Shown here piece after piece: positions 36,989 through 49,849 of a stretch of 64,000 bases of DNA. Source of the DNA: Sminthopsis crassicaudata (taxonomy: Eukaryota); assembly GCF_048593235.1 (NCBI RefSeq), contig NC_133619.1, positions 640,562,558-640,626,557 on the forward strand. Direction: 5' to 3'. The notes below the pieces were generated by a model. The model was not told where the DNA came from. It saw only the letters and a program-made list of their open reading frames with translations, and did no database searches. Every line of letters begins with the position of its first letter. Position 1 is the stretch's first letter. A program made the translations under genes and the position numbers.

Positions 36989-37364
36989 AGGGTGACCTTG
37001 TGAACTTTGAAAGGAGAATTTAGAAAGATTTTGGAGTTCCCACTGGTCTCCTAACAATGTCCAGTAATAGTATGTGCATTGGGGAATGACAGCTTTAACC
37101 CTCTGAGGAAAGAAAGCTTCGGGTCTCCACAGAGAGCCTCGCAGGAAGGTTTTGAGGGACTTATGGTTGATCCTAAAGGCAATGGGAAGTTACTGAGGCT
37201 TATCAAGTAACATGATCAGTACAATCACTTTGGCAGTTCTTTGGGAACTGGAGGCGAGATATGTGGTGTTGGAGGGAGCTTTCCCTTGGCCTTATGGGCT
37301 TGAGAATATACATACACATATACATCTATATACATACCCATAATATATATATTTCTTTTTTTTC

Positions 37365-37524
37365 NNNNNNNNNNNNNNNNNNNNNNNNNNNNNNNNNNNN
37401 NNNNNNNNNNNNNNNNNNNNNNNNNNNNNNNNNNNNNNNNNNNNNNNNNNNNNNNNNNNNNNNNNNNNNNNNNNNNNNNNNNNNNNNNNNNNNNNNNNNN
37501 NNNNNNNNNNNNNNNNNNNNNNNN
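37365..37524. other. Assembly gap (inside an L1 3'-end fragment)
   Basis: Run of N. Confidence 1.
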
Positions 37525-39165
37525 AACATATGCATGGGTAATTTTTCAACATTGACCCTTGTAAAAACTTCTGTTCCAACTTTTCCCCCACCCCTTTCCC
37601 TAAGATGGCAGATAGTCCCATACATGTTAAATATGTTAAAGTAACATATATGTATTTCTATCTGTCTATCCATCCATCCATCCTTTTAATTTTCTGCCTG
37701 ATGCTAGAACTTGAAAAATGTCCCCATTCAATCTACTACTAGATGGCTTAGTAGATAGAACACCAGGCCTAGAGTCTTAATTTCAAATCCAGCTTCAGTG
37801 ACTTATTAAGTTATTTAACCCTATTTACCTCAGTTTCCTCATCTGTAAAATGAGCTGGAGAAGGAAACCACTCTAGTATCTTTGCCAAAAAAAACCCCAA
37901 AAAAACAACCCCTCCAAATGGGCTCATGAAAAGTTGGAAACGACTGAACAACAATCCTATCTTATTTATTTGAACTCCTGAATTGGTAGAAGGTGGCCCT
38001 TTGAAACAATTCCTTTTGATACTTGTGAGAGGCAGCGACTGGCGGACTGGATCTCGGGAACCAGAGCTGAGAGGGATCGGGGGCGTCCAGGAGCAGCTCA
38101 TCCCTGGGTCGCCTATCAGCATATTGAGTTCTGGGCAAGACAACCCCTGAAGATTGTGTGTGAGTTGGTTTTCTGTAGTTTTCGGTAAAAGGAGAGGAGT
38201 TGGACTCTATGAGCTTCACAGTTATCTCTAGACCTGAATCTGTGACCCTAAGACCACGGCCGAGAGATAATTCACACTACAAAATCACAGATACTCAAAG
38301 GATGAAGAATTTGCTTTAAACCACAAAATGCTTTGTAAATATGAGAGATTGTAAGGTTCAACCTTAGCTCCAGACTGAGCTTACTCTCTGGTCATGATTA
38401 CCTCCCCATCCCTCTTTTCCATCATTGCTCTGGATTTTAGCTCATTTCTCTCAAGAATGGCCCTTTTCACCACCCCCAGTCTAGCACAAAGGACAATATA
38501 GAAACTCATAAATTCAGAGGAGGCAAAAATCCAAGAAATGAGTAACAAGCCCCATAACTTCAGACAGCTCTATACAATTTCCTAAGCATGAGAAACACAC
38601 AAAATGAACCAGCGAACTTAAGAAAATGTGACCTAAGGAGGGAGAAATTGTATTCTGGGCTTGATCTTCAGCAATAAAGAGTTAACCTTTAGAGGGCTAA
38701 GGGAGAAAAGGAGATTTGTGATGAAATGTATATTAATCTATCTAAGAGTGTACTGAGTTTCAGATCCTGCGCTATAAGGGGCCAAAAGGGAGTCGACTAA
38801 CATAGACTGAGTCACCTCTGTGGAAAAGTCGTGGTTACTTCCAGCACTGACCATGACAGATGAATATCATCAGTGGAGGGGGAAATCAGGAAATGAAACA
38901 GACAGAGTTTGCAGAGCTTTCCACAAAGCAGTTTTTTTGAGGGAATGACTAAAAAACAGAGTCTGGAAAATAGCACTGTTTAGGCGGATTTGAAACTAGC
39001 TGAATGGTCAGATCCAAAAGGAGTAGTCATAATTGAATGTTTCCATGTCAACTGGGAAGAATGTCTCAAAGAGGTAATATTAAGGGAGGTAATTCTACAT
39101 AATTTAATATTTATAGTGTAATATAATCCTAATAATAAAAAAAGCCTATTAAAGTGTCTCATTTG

Positions 39166-39320
39166 GGGCAACCAGATGGCTCAGTGGATAGAGCACCAGC
39201 CCTGAAGTCAGGAGGACCTGAGTTCAAATTCACCCCTCAGACACTTAACACTTTCTAGCTGTGTGACCCTGCGCAAGTCACTGAACCCCAATTACCTCAG
39301 CAAAAATAAAATAAAATAAA
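39166..39320 (+). mobile_element. WSINE1-like SINE
   Basis: A and B boxes and (aaaat)n tail. Confidence 0.88.
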
Positions 39321-40519
39321 ATGGCTTTCTTATTCACAGTAGGTGCTTAATAAATGCTTATAATAAATGCTTATTCTCCTCTCCTCTCCCCAGTGGAATG
39401 GGGATATTCTAAGCAGCTCTGCTTGGCCTTGTGCTGGTGACTTGGACAAAGTCAGAGATAGGGTGTTTATCTAATGTGAAAATGAGAACAAGTTAAGAAG
39501 TGAATGATGAAATTAGAAAGACCTTGACAGACTGGGACACTGAGGTGGAATAAGACAGAATTTAATAGGGATATGTCTACACTTAGTCCCCAGGTATTTA
39601 TTAAGTCCCTACAGGCACTAAGCTAAACTGAAAATTTAAAGTCAAGACAACAAGCATTTATTAAGCACCGACTAAGTTCCAGGTGCTGTGCTAAGTGCTG
39701 ATGATATAAAGAAAGGTAAAAGACAATCCCTGGTGTCCAGAAGCTCACAATCAGGGAGATACTATGTAAACAATTATGTAAATAGAAGTACACAGTGTAT
39801 CTTTATAGCGTAACTCTATCCATCTGTCACATTGTAAATGATATATAAGTATCATCACAGTACAAATGAAAGGTGATCTCAGATGAAAGGCAGAATGGGA
39901 AATGGGAATGGGAATGTCAGAAGGTAAGATTAAAGTTAACTATGGAAGGAAGTCAGGGGAAACTGAGGCAGAGGTGAGAATTCTAGGTATGGTGGAGGGC
40001 CAAGGAAAGGGGAGATGGAGTGTCATGTTTGAGGGACAGCAATGTCACTGTATTATTGAATATATATAGTGTAGTAAAGTATGAAGAAAATTGAAAAGGT
40101 AGGAAGGGGCAAGGATGTGAAATCAACCAACATTTATGACGCACTTACTAAAAACTTGGAGTCCTGTCCCCAGTGCCAGCAAAGGGACCTCTCTTGACCT
40201 CAGCCCACATGTCCAGTCTATATAATGTCTCTCCTACAACTCCTCTTCTCTCCACTCGCCCAGCTGCCACCTGATGCAGGTTCTCATCACAAGTCTTTAG
40301 CTGGCTGTCCCCACCTCAACTTTCTCTTCCTCTAGTCTATTCTCTACTCGTCCCCCATAGTGACCTGCTAAAGCCCAGGTCTGACTGTAGCACCTCCATC
40401 CACACCTGTAAGTCCCTAATCAAATATAAAATCTGCTGTTCGCCACTGAAGTCTCTTCACATCAAAGCATAAGCACCTGGAGGACAGATACTGTCTTTAT
40501 GCTTGTTTTTAGTATTGCA

Positions 40520-43500
40520 ACTACTTGGATCCAGGTTGCAGCCCTTACAATACCAGAACTTGTGACTGTCGGGAAATGTGGACCATGGTCATAGTCCTAG
40601 GATGGAAAAGAGTGCTTGTGGTCACTCATAGACCACAGGCCAAGGCCTCCTTAAATCATATCACCTTGGGGGGCAGCTAGGTGGCACAGTGGAGAGCACC
40701 ATCCTTGAATTCAGGAGGACCCGAGTTCAAATCTGGTCTCAGACACTTAACACTTCCTAGCTGTGTGACCCTGGGCAAGTCACTTAACCCCAGCCTCAGG
40801 GGGGAAAACAATCATATCACCTTGGAAGAACTGAAAACTTACAAAACCCCAGAGCTAGCTCTGAGAACAGCAGCAAGAAAGGCCTGAAGCTTGGGATAGT
40901 GCTCCCTCCACCCCTGGGAGCAGAGCCCCACTTTAACACAGAGATAAGAGGCAAGAAATAGGCTGGAAAATGAACAAATCACAACAAAACAGAATCAGAC
41001 AAAGTTATTATAGAGACAGGGAAAATCTAAATATAAACTCAGAAGAAAACAAAGGTAAAACTTCTCTATCCAAAGCCTCAAAGAAGAATGTGAATTGGTC
41101 TCAGACCCCAAGAGAATTCCTGGAAGAGTTCAAAGAGGGTCTTAAAATAAGTTAAGATATATGATGATCAATTCTGATGAATGTGGCTCTTTTCAACAAT
41201 GAGGTGACTGATGCCAGTTCCAATGATCTTGTGATGAAGAGAGCCAGCTACACCCAGAGAGAGGACTGTGGGAACTGAGTGTGGATCACAACACAACATT
41301 CTCATTCTTTTTGTTGTTGTTCGCTTACATTTTGTTTTCTTACTCATTTAATTTCCTTTTTGATCTGATTTTTTTTTTGTGGAGCAAGAGAATTATATAA
41401 ATATGTTTATACATATTGGACTTAACATATATTTTGACATGTATAATATATATTGGATTGCTTGCCATCAGGGGTGGGGTGGGAGAAAGGGGGGAAATGC
41501 TATGCAAGGGTCATTGTTGAAAAATTATCTGGGCATATGTTTTGAAAATAGAAAGATTAAAAAATAAGTAAATTAAGAGCGAGAAGTGAAAAATTTGAAA
41601 AAAAAAAAAAAGAAAGTTATGTAAGAAAATAATGAAAAAAAATCAACAGCTTGGTAAAGGAGGCATAAAAATGCTGAAGAAAATAGTACATTAGAAAACA
41701 GAATAGATCAAATGGTAAAAGGCACAAAAATCCATTGAAAAGGAGAACTCCTTAAAAAGCAGAATTAATCAAATAAAAAAAAAGAGGTTCACCTCTTTCT
41801 GTTGTTGTTTGCTTGCATTTTTGTTTTTCTTCCCAGGTTAATTTTTAACCTTCTTTCTAAATTCTATTTTTCTTGTGCAGCAAGATAATTGTATAAATAT
41901 GTATACATAGATTGTATTGAAGATATACTTATGGGACTACCTGCCATCTAGGAGAGGGGGTGGAGGGAAGGAGGGGAAAAGTTGGAACAGAAAGTTTTTG
42001 CAAGGATCATTGTTGAAAAATTATCCATGCACATGTTCTGTCAATAAAAAGCTATAATAAAAAAAAGAAGGAAAAAAAAGAGGTACAAAATCTCACTGAA
42101 GCAAATCATTTCCTTAGAAATTAGAATTTGTCAAGTGGAAGCTTATGATACCATGTGACATTAAGAAACAAAAAAGCAAAATGAAAAGAATGAACAAATA
42201 GAAGAAAAAGTGAAATATCTCATCAGAAAGACAACTGATCTGTAAAATAGGTTGAGGAGAGATCACTTAAGAATTATTGGACCATCTGAAAGTCATGATA
42301 AATGAAAAAAAAAAAAAAGCTGACATATCAGCTTTTTTCAAGAAATTATTAAAAGAAAATTTCCCTGGTTTTTTAGAAGCAGAAAATCAATTAGAAATTG
42401 AAAGAATCTATCAGTCACCTCCTGAAAGAGATTCCAGAATGAAAACTAGTCAAATTCCAGAGTTGCTGGGGATAAGGAGAACATATTACATGCATCAGAA
42501 AAAAAACAAGTATCCTAGAGCCACAATCAGAATAACACAAGATTTAGCAGTTTCTACTTTAAGGGACTGGAAGACTTGGGATATGATATTCCAGAAGACA
42601 AAAAAGCTAGGATTACAGCCAAGAATCACCTACCTAGCAAAATTAAGTATAAGCCTTCAAGAAAAAAAAGGATATTCAGTTAAATAGAGGATTTTCAAGC
42701 ATTTCTGATGAAAAGACCAGAAATAAATAGAAAATTTGACTTAAATCATATAACCTTGGAAGAACTGAAAACTTACAAAACGCCAAGAATCAAGAGAAAC
42801 ATAAAAAAGTGAAGAAAAAAGAGAAAGCATAAGGGATTCAAAAAGGTTAAATTGTTTACATTCCTACCTAGTAAGATGACATTTAAAATTCCTAAGAACT
42901 TCTCTTTGTTAGGGCAGATTGAAGGAATAGACATAGATGGAAGGCATTTGAGTCAAATGTGAGGAAATGATATTTAAAAATATAAAATTAAGGGGTGAGA
43001 AAAGGAATGGATGGGGAGAAGGGGACAGGGAGAATCAGAATCAGAATGGGGTAAATTATCTTGCATAAAAGAGATGTGAAAGCTTTTACACTAGAGGAAG
43101 AGATGAAGGAGGTAGGGGAGAGTGCTTGTACCTTACTCTCATCAGATCTGGCTCAAAAAGGCAATAACATACACATTCAGTCGGTTATAGAAATCTATAT
43201 TACCCTATAGGAAGATAGGAAAGGAAGGGGATAAGAGAAGGGAGGGGTTGATAGAAAGGAGGGATGATTGGGGGAGGTAACAGGAGCAAAATGCTTCTAA
43301 GGCTGGACAAGGTGAAAAGAAAGAGTCGGATAAATAGGAGAGGAAATAGAATAGAGGGAACATACAGTCATCAATTATAACTGAAGAATATTTGTAGCAA
43401 GTTTCTCTGATAAAGGCCTAATTTTTTGAATATTTAAAAAACTGAGTCAAATTTACAAAAATATAAGCCTTTCCCCAATTAATAGATGGTTTAAAAGATA

Positions 43501-44500
43501 TGAACAGGCAGTTATCAGACAAAACATTCAAGGCTATCAATAGTCATATGAAAAAATACTCTAGATCACTATTGATTAAAGACATGCAAATTAAAGTAAC
43601 TCTGAGGGACTATCCCACACTTATCAGATTGGCTAATGTGACAGAAAAGGAAAGTGATATATATTGGAGAGAACATAGAAAAAATGAGACACTGATGCAT
43701 TGTCAGTGGAATTGTAAACTGATTCAACCATCTTGGAGGGTAATTTGAATCTATGCCCAAAAGGCTAAAAAACCATGTATACATCCCCTTTGACCCGGAA
43801 ATACTGTTATTAAGTCTATAGTCCAAGGAAATAAAAATCAAAAAAGAAAAGGACCTATATGTACCCAAAGATCAATAGTAGCTCTTTTAGTGGTGGCAGA
43901 GAACTGGAAATGGAGGGGAATGGCTGAACAAATTCACTATTATGATGGAATTCTAATGTGCTATAAAAATGATGAGCAGGATGCTTTCAGAAAAACCTGG
44001 GAAGATTTACAGGAACGGAAGCAAGGGAAAATGAACAGAATCGGAAGAAAATTGTACCCAGTAATAGCAATATTGTTTCCCGTGATCAACTGTGAATGAC
44101 TTAGCTGTTCTCAGCAATACAATTATCTAAGACAATTCTGAAAGACTTAAATGAAAAATGCTAGCCACCTACAGAGAAAGAACTGATGGAGTCTGGATAC
44201 AGATGGAAACATATTTTTTGCTTTCTTTATTTTTCTTGTTTATTTTTAGTCTGTTTTCTTCCACAGCATGACTAATATGGAAATAGGTTTTGCATGACTG
44301 CACACATATAACCTGTGTCAAATTGTTTGCCTTTTCAATAAAAGGCTAGGCGAGGGAGAGGATTTGGAACTCAGGAATTTTAGAAAATGAATGTTAAAAA
44401 TTGTTCTTACATGGAATATGGAAAAAATAAAATATTAAATAAATATATATTTAAAAAATCTTGCCATTCAGTAGATTGCTGAAAAGAATAAAAAAAAAAA
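40520..44500 (+). mobile_element. Degenerate marsupial L1: 5' UTR, fragmented ORF1, spacer, ORF2 C-terminus only, 3' UTR; carries nested insertions
   Basis: ORF1-like pieces at 40970-41155 and 42277-42687 (IERIYQSPP, RITQDLAVSTL, PRITYLAKLS). ORF2 C-terminal piece at 43500-43748 (MNRQLS..INSHMKK..DMQIKVTLR). Nested L1 3' ends at about 41156-41570 and 41786-42065. Confidence 0.8.
40669..40809 (+). mobile_element. WSINE1-like SINE inserted in the L1 5' UTR
   Basis: TSD aatcatatcaccttgg on both sides. Confidence 0.92.
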
Positions 44501-45702
44501 CGAAGTAAAAAAAAATCACCTTCACAAGTACAAGATGGAGAGGATTTGCCTGAAAAAAGCAAACAAAGACATTTGATGACTTTCAGGGCCCTGCAAGTTC
44601 AATATGAATCATAAGTATTAGGGGCTGCTGAAAAAACTTAGTTCCTTCTTGGGCCGCACAGAGAGGGCCCAGCTTCCAGGAGGAGGGAGGTGAGTCACTC
44701 GGTCCTGTCCGGGTCACGCCATTCTGGGACACCAAATTTAAGGAAAGCAGCATTCTGGGTGGTGGAGGCCATTGAGGGCATCCCACTTGAAGATCATATG
44801 ATGATTGTGGGCATGTTTAGCTGAAAGGGACAGAAGAAATGTCTTCCACTCTCCCAAGGGATGCTCTGGTCAAGAAGGGGACAAGTTGCAAAGGCGAACA
44901 TTGGTTCAGTGTCAGGAAGAACACACCCGAAATGAGGGCCCTCCCAGATCAGAACGGGAACTCCCACTGAAGAGCTCCTTGCGGGGGCTCATTTGGGAGA
45001 TGGTTCCATTCTCCTCTTGACTCTCAGAGAACTTAGCTGCCATGTTCTGGACCGGACCCCTTCCTCCTGCCCAGCAGGTGCTTTTAAAGGTGGTCTTCTC
45101 CTCTTAGCTCCTGGAGGGAGCGACTCTCCTTCCTTCTGCTTTTACTTGCAATCCCCCATTTAGATTGCAGTCCAGTACACAGTAGATGCTTGATAAATGC
45201 ACGCGGCCTGTGGGTCCATCAAATATCAGCTAATGGCTGGCTGTTGGACGCAGAGCTTCCCTAAGAAGGCTGGGATGTTGTGCCCCCTGCTGGGGCAAGT
45301 CCTCTCCCAGAACACCATGGGAGCCACGTCCTGCTCCTTTGCTTGTGGGGCAGGGAGGTGGAGTGCCCAAGTAACAGTCCTGATCTCAGGACGGGCCCGG
45401 GAAGGGTCACCCAGCAGAACAGGCATTTGAGGCCCCTCTAGCCTTTTCCTTCCCTCCGGGAGCTGGCTCCCTATGCCAGTTCCCATGGCCTCCCTTCCGA
45501 AGGCAGGGCCAAGAGGCCATTGGGGAGGTCCCACCCTCACTGTTCAGCCCGTGCACCGGTCACCGTGGCCGCCGATGTCCAGGGCCTGGGCCTCCCGAGG
45601 GCTGAGGTGAGGGGGCTTCAATGCCAAGATTCCTAAAAAAGCTTCTATCACACACAAAACATTAAGTTATGATGGGGGGAGGGAAGCAGGATGGGGCTGG
45701 GC

Positions 45703-45938
45703 TCAAGTCCGCATCAGCAGCAGGAGAGGTAGGCCCAGGGCAAGGGAGACAGGCGGGGCGCTGGGCCCTGCCCCGCTCCTCCGGGGGCTGGCATCTCGGG
45801 TGGCGGAGTTGCACTCACTGCTGAAGCAGCAGAAGGTCTGGGGCTGGGCCAGGTCAAAGAAGGTGGCGGCCAGATGGGGGGCCTGGCACCAGGCGGGCGC
45901 CACGCAGCCTCGGATGGTGTAGCCGGGACCCCAGTGTT
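45703..45938 (-). CDS. PLAUR: PLAUR exon 7 (end of DIII and GPI signal)
   Basis: HWGPGYTIRGCVAPAWCQAPHLAATFFDLAQPQTFCCFSSECNSATRDASPRRSGAGPSAPPVSLALGLPLLLLMRT*; acceptor ctcccacag. Confidence 0.93.
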
Positions 45939-46598
45939 CTGTGGGAGCACAGGGAAAGGAGGGGTCAGCGGCTGAGCCTGGCGGGGCCGGCTCCTCCTGT
46001 GCCCCGAGGGTTGGGGCTCTGCCCCAGCGTGGGCATCTGAACCATGGCCGCCTGCCCTGGGCCTTGGGGCGGGAACAGTGGGAGTGCGAGCTGGTGTGTG
46101 AGTGAGGGAGTGTGAGTTGAGTGTGTGAGTGTGCATTCAGGGAGCTCCCTGTAGCCCCCACCCCTTATCCCTCTCCAGGAAGTCCTCCCTTTCTGAAGTT
46201 TGGTGATTCTCTCTATCTCGGAGCCTTCCTTAGAGAGTCAAAGGATCCTGACCCCTCAGAGGCCACCAGGTCCTCCTTTACAGGAGAGGCAGCTGAGGCC
46301 CATGGTCACAGAGGAGCGGGATCTGAATCTGAGCCCAGAACATGATATGCTGAACTAAGGGACCCTGCCTCTTCCTTCCATCCCAAGAAATCTTTACCCA
46401 TTGGGTGTCCTGCCCTCCCCTTTCCCCATAAGAAGTTACTCCTCCTCCTCCCATAGGAATTTCTGACTCAGTTTCCCCATTTTGCAGTGAAAGGTTTGCA
46501 GTGCAGTCTCTAAAGGTCTGCCTGCCCTTTGACCCCGTGTCCTTCATGTCCCCTTCCCGCAGGGGCTCCCTTCCCCACCCTCAGGGGTGGATCCTTAC

Positions 46599-46745
46599 TG
46601 TGGGTGCCGGTGGCTTCAAAGCACCTATTCATAGGGCCCCGGCAGGCAGTGAGGGTTGTCTCCTCTGGGGAGCAGCCGTGGGTCCCGTTCCCCTCGCAGC
46701 TGTGACACTGAAGCTCATTCAGGGGATGGTCCGAGAGTTTCATCA
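46599..46745 (-). CDS. PLAUR: PLAUR exon 6
   Basis: [48 protein letters not shown]; 147 nt. Confidence 0.96.
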
Positions 46746-47103
46746 CTGGGGGCAACGAGGGGAGAGAAAAGAGGTGGGTCCCTGAGCCCAAGTCCCCAGG
46801 AGCCCATTCCCTTTCTCCAGATGCCCTGGAGGCCCGCCTGACCTTCCTCCCTCCTTCTGCTCCCCTTCACTTTCTCTCCTTCCTCCCCCTCCTCTCCCCT
46901 GTTCCCTCCCTTCCACCTTCCATTCACCTTCCACCTTCCCTTCTCTCTCCCTCCCTCCCATCTTTCATCCTTCCTCCCTTCTACTTTCTCTTCTCCCGCC
47001 CTTCTTTCCTCCTTCCTCCCTCTCTCCTTCCATCTCCCTCCCTTCCACCTTTCCTCCCCCTCCCTCCCTCCTCCCTTCCACCCCTCCTTCTCCCTTCTCT
47101 CAC

Positions 47104-47238
47104 TTGGGCCACTGATGCACTGGCTGTAGTTGCAACATCTCAGTAACAGAAAAGTCTCGTTGTTGTGGAAGCCGACAGGGCCGGGGCAGTCGGGAAACGT
47201 CCCACAGCCACGCACATAACGCTCATCCAAGGGACCTG
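47104..47238 (-). CDS. PLAUR: PLAUR exon 5
   Basis: GPLDERYVRGCGTFPDCPGPVGFHNNETFLLLRCCNYSQCISGP; NAGNAG acceptor (47238 or 47235). Confidence 0.95.
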
Positions 47239-47347
47239 CTGTTGAGTCACATGGGGGGGTCAGTAGTGATGGGTGGGAGAGGGGCTCAGGAGGGGGAGAG
47301 GGAGAGGGAGAGAGCGATTAGGGGGGGCGTCCCCCACCCGCACTCAC

Positions 47348-47500
47348 CTTCAGGGCTGATTTGGGTGATCCTCTCCAAGCACTGGTCTGAGGGGTCTGGG
47401 CAGCGAAGGGGCAGGGTCCGGCCTCGTTCACAGCTTTGGTCAGAGGAGGCACAGGACTCACACTCTAAGGTCCGAGTCCCAGGGAAAGTAGGGCTGGGAT
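47348..47500 (-). CDS. PLAUR: PLAUR exon 4
   Basis: PSPTFPGTRTLECESCASSDQSCERGRTLPLRCPDPSDQCLERITQISPE; acceptor ccctctccccgattcag. Confidence 0.94.
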
Positions 47501-48077
47501 CTGAATCGGGGAGAGGGAAGACAGTAAGTCTGATGGCCCCAGGTAGGTGGGAGGGGGGGAGAGAGAGAAGGAGAGAGAGACAGACAAGAAGGAGGAGGAG
47601 GAGAAGGGGGAAGAAGGGAGAGAAGGAAGAGGAAGAGAAGGAAGAAGAGGAGGAAGAGGGGGGACCTACTCTAACATCTTTCACCTGGAAGCTGCAGGTA
47701 GAGAACTTTTCTGAATTTATAAGTTTTATAACTTCCTTGCCTGATTTCTCCAGCCTGAGGTCTCGTTCACCTGTATTCTAGGCTCAAAAATCTCTCCCGG
47801 TTCTGCCATTCCATGATCTAAGGTTCTGTCCAGCTTTGACCACCTACATCTTTTCTTCTCAGGCCCTTCCTGGCTGTGACTTTCTATGTGCTAAGGTTCT
47901 GGGCCTGAGGTCCCTTCCGGTCCTGCCATTGCACATTCTATAGTCCCTCTCATCTCTGAGACCCTCTAGGTTCTCCACCAGTCATTACAATCTGTGTTCT
48001 AAAAGCCCTCCCAGTTCTGCACTCCTCCAGGCCGACTCCTCCTCCTCCTCGGCTCTGGGCAGGCCAGACCCACTCAC

Positions 48078-48221
48078 GGGCTTCCAGTTCGTTGCAGAGG
48101 TCAAAGTCACACACGGTCTCCTTGAGCATGATAATCTCCTGGCTCGTGCGGTAGGACATGGAGCTGTTCTCTTTTCCCATTTCGGTACAGCCTCTTACCA
48201 CCACCTCCAGGTCCTGGCCTT
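48078..48221 (-). CDS. PLAUR: PLAUR exon 3
   Basis: GQDLEVVVRGCTEMGKENSSMSYRTSQEIIMLKETVCDFDLCNELEA; 144 nt. Confidence 0.95.
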
Positions 48222-49849
48222 CTGGGGAGAAAATACGTGCAGGGAGACACGTCAGCCCTTCCTCGGTCTCCTGGTAGCTCACCCAGGGACCCAGGGCTTT
48301 CCATCCTTTGCTACCTCTCTGATTGGAAGCTTCACGAGGGCAGGGCCTGCAGCAAGTATAGTGCTCTGCACACAGTAGGGGCTTAATAAATAGCAGTAAG
48401 ACAACAATAATGGCTATTTATTGAAATTTGTCGAAATATTGGGGAGAAAAGAAGCATGTGAGTTATGTATAGGTCAAAGGTGGGAACTGAGACCTAGAGG
48501 GAAAAGGGATTCAATCTAGTTTCTAAGATGGGTCTCAACCTTGCACCGCTAATTTGGATAAATAATATCATTGGGCCATTATGGAGCATCAACTCTGCCC
48601 TTCACCCAGGGTTTGACTGGAACGTGGGCAAAGGGAACAAGAGACCCGAGCCAGAACAGTGGGAAGTCAAGAAAGGACAAGTGGAAATGTGGAGTCATGT
48701 GGAAAAGGGGGCACTTTTCTTCTGCAGGGGAGAGATACACTGGTTTTTTGGGTTTCTAGGAATATGGACATTTATCCCTGGAATAAGTCAGAAGACAAAG
48801 ATGGGAAGAAGAAGGCAATTCCAGTAGACGTTGGGTAGAATACACCATCTGCATCCAGAAAAAGAATTGTGAAGATTGAAATAAATCAGCACATAATTTG
48901 TTCACTTTTTTTCTCTCCTGTGGTTTTTTCCTTTTGTTCTGATTTTTCTCTCCTGACATAATTCACAAAGAAATATATATTTAAAGATGTCTAACAAAAA
49001 AAAAATAAAAAAGAGGGGAAGAAAAATGGTGGTCGGTGCTTTCCTTCTGAAGATCTTGCCAGGGGTGCTAACGTTCAGAATGAAGTAGGTAGGTAAGAAA
49101 GGTGGTGGTTGGGTGTGGTTATGGATACTAAGAATCCTGGGAAGATTTCTATGTATTTATGAAAGGTGAAAGGAGCAGAACAAGGAGAACAATTGATAAA
49201 TAACAACAACATGGTAAGAACCGAAGAACTTTGAAAGACCTTGAAATTCTAATGAACACAATGAGGAACCATGACTCACTGATGATGAAGGTGATAGCCT
49301 CACACCTAACAGAGAGGTGACGGGTTCAAGATCCAAAAAAGAGGCACATTTGGGTGCCATGGATAATGCAGAAATTTGTCTTTGTTAGTTTATTAATGTT
49401 TGTTATAAGGGCTTTCTTTTTTTTTATTTCAGGGATGGTAATCCCCCCAAAACAAGTTTTTTTAACTTGTTTTTTAACTTGTTCATTGAAAAATAAAATA
49501 AAATGGTGAGGGGAACTATATGGCAGGGAAGGATAGATACTAAAGAATGAATAGGAGGGCCGCTGTCCAGGATGGATCCTGATACCTAACCACAGAATGC
49601 GAGTAGAGCTGCTTGGATTTTACCCGTTTTCTTTGTCAAGAAACATCCCTTCTAGACTATAAAGGCCAGATTGAAAATAAAAGTTTGTGCTCAAGAAAAA
49701 TAAGGAAGCAGGAAGAAGAAACTAGTTAGCCCTAGTTCCCTGAGCCGAACTATAGCCTCAACAGGATTCACTCAATAGTGGATAGAGAATAGGCCTAGAA
49801 AAGGGCAAAAATCATCCCAAGATTTTGACTGATTCTGTTTCTGGAATGT

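Noticed and set aside
37962-38260. Small GC-richer island with an 85-aa ORF; the antisense frame reads ELVEGGPLKQFL, which looks kinase-like
   Set aside because: That frame is bounded by nearby stops and has no other kinase motifs; at most an enhancer-like element.
8822-40809. tRNA-like A/B-box sequences
   Set aside because: These are SINE heads with tails and TSDs, not tRNA genes.
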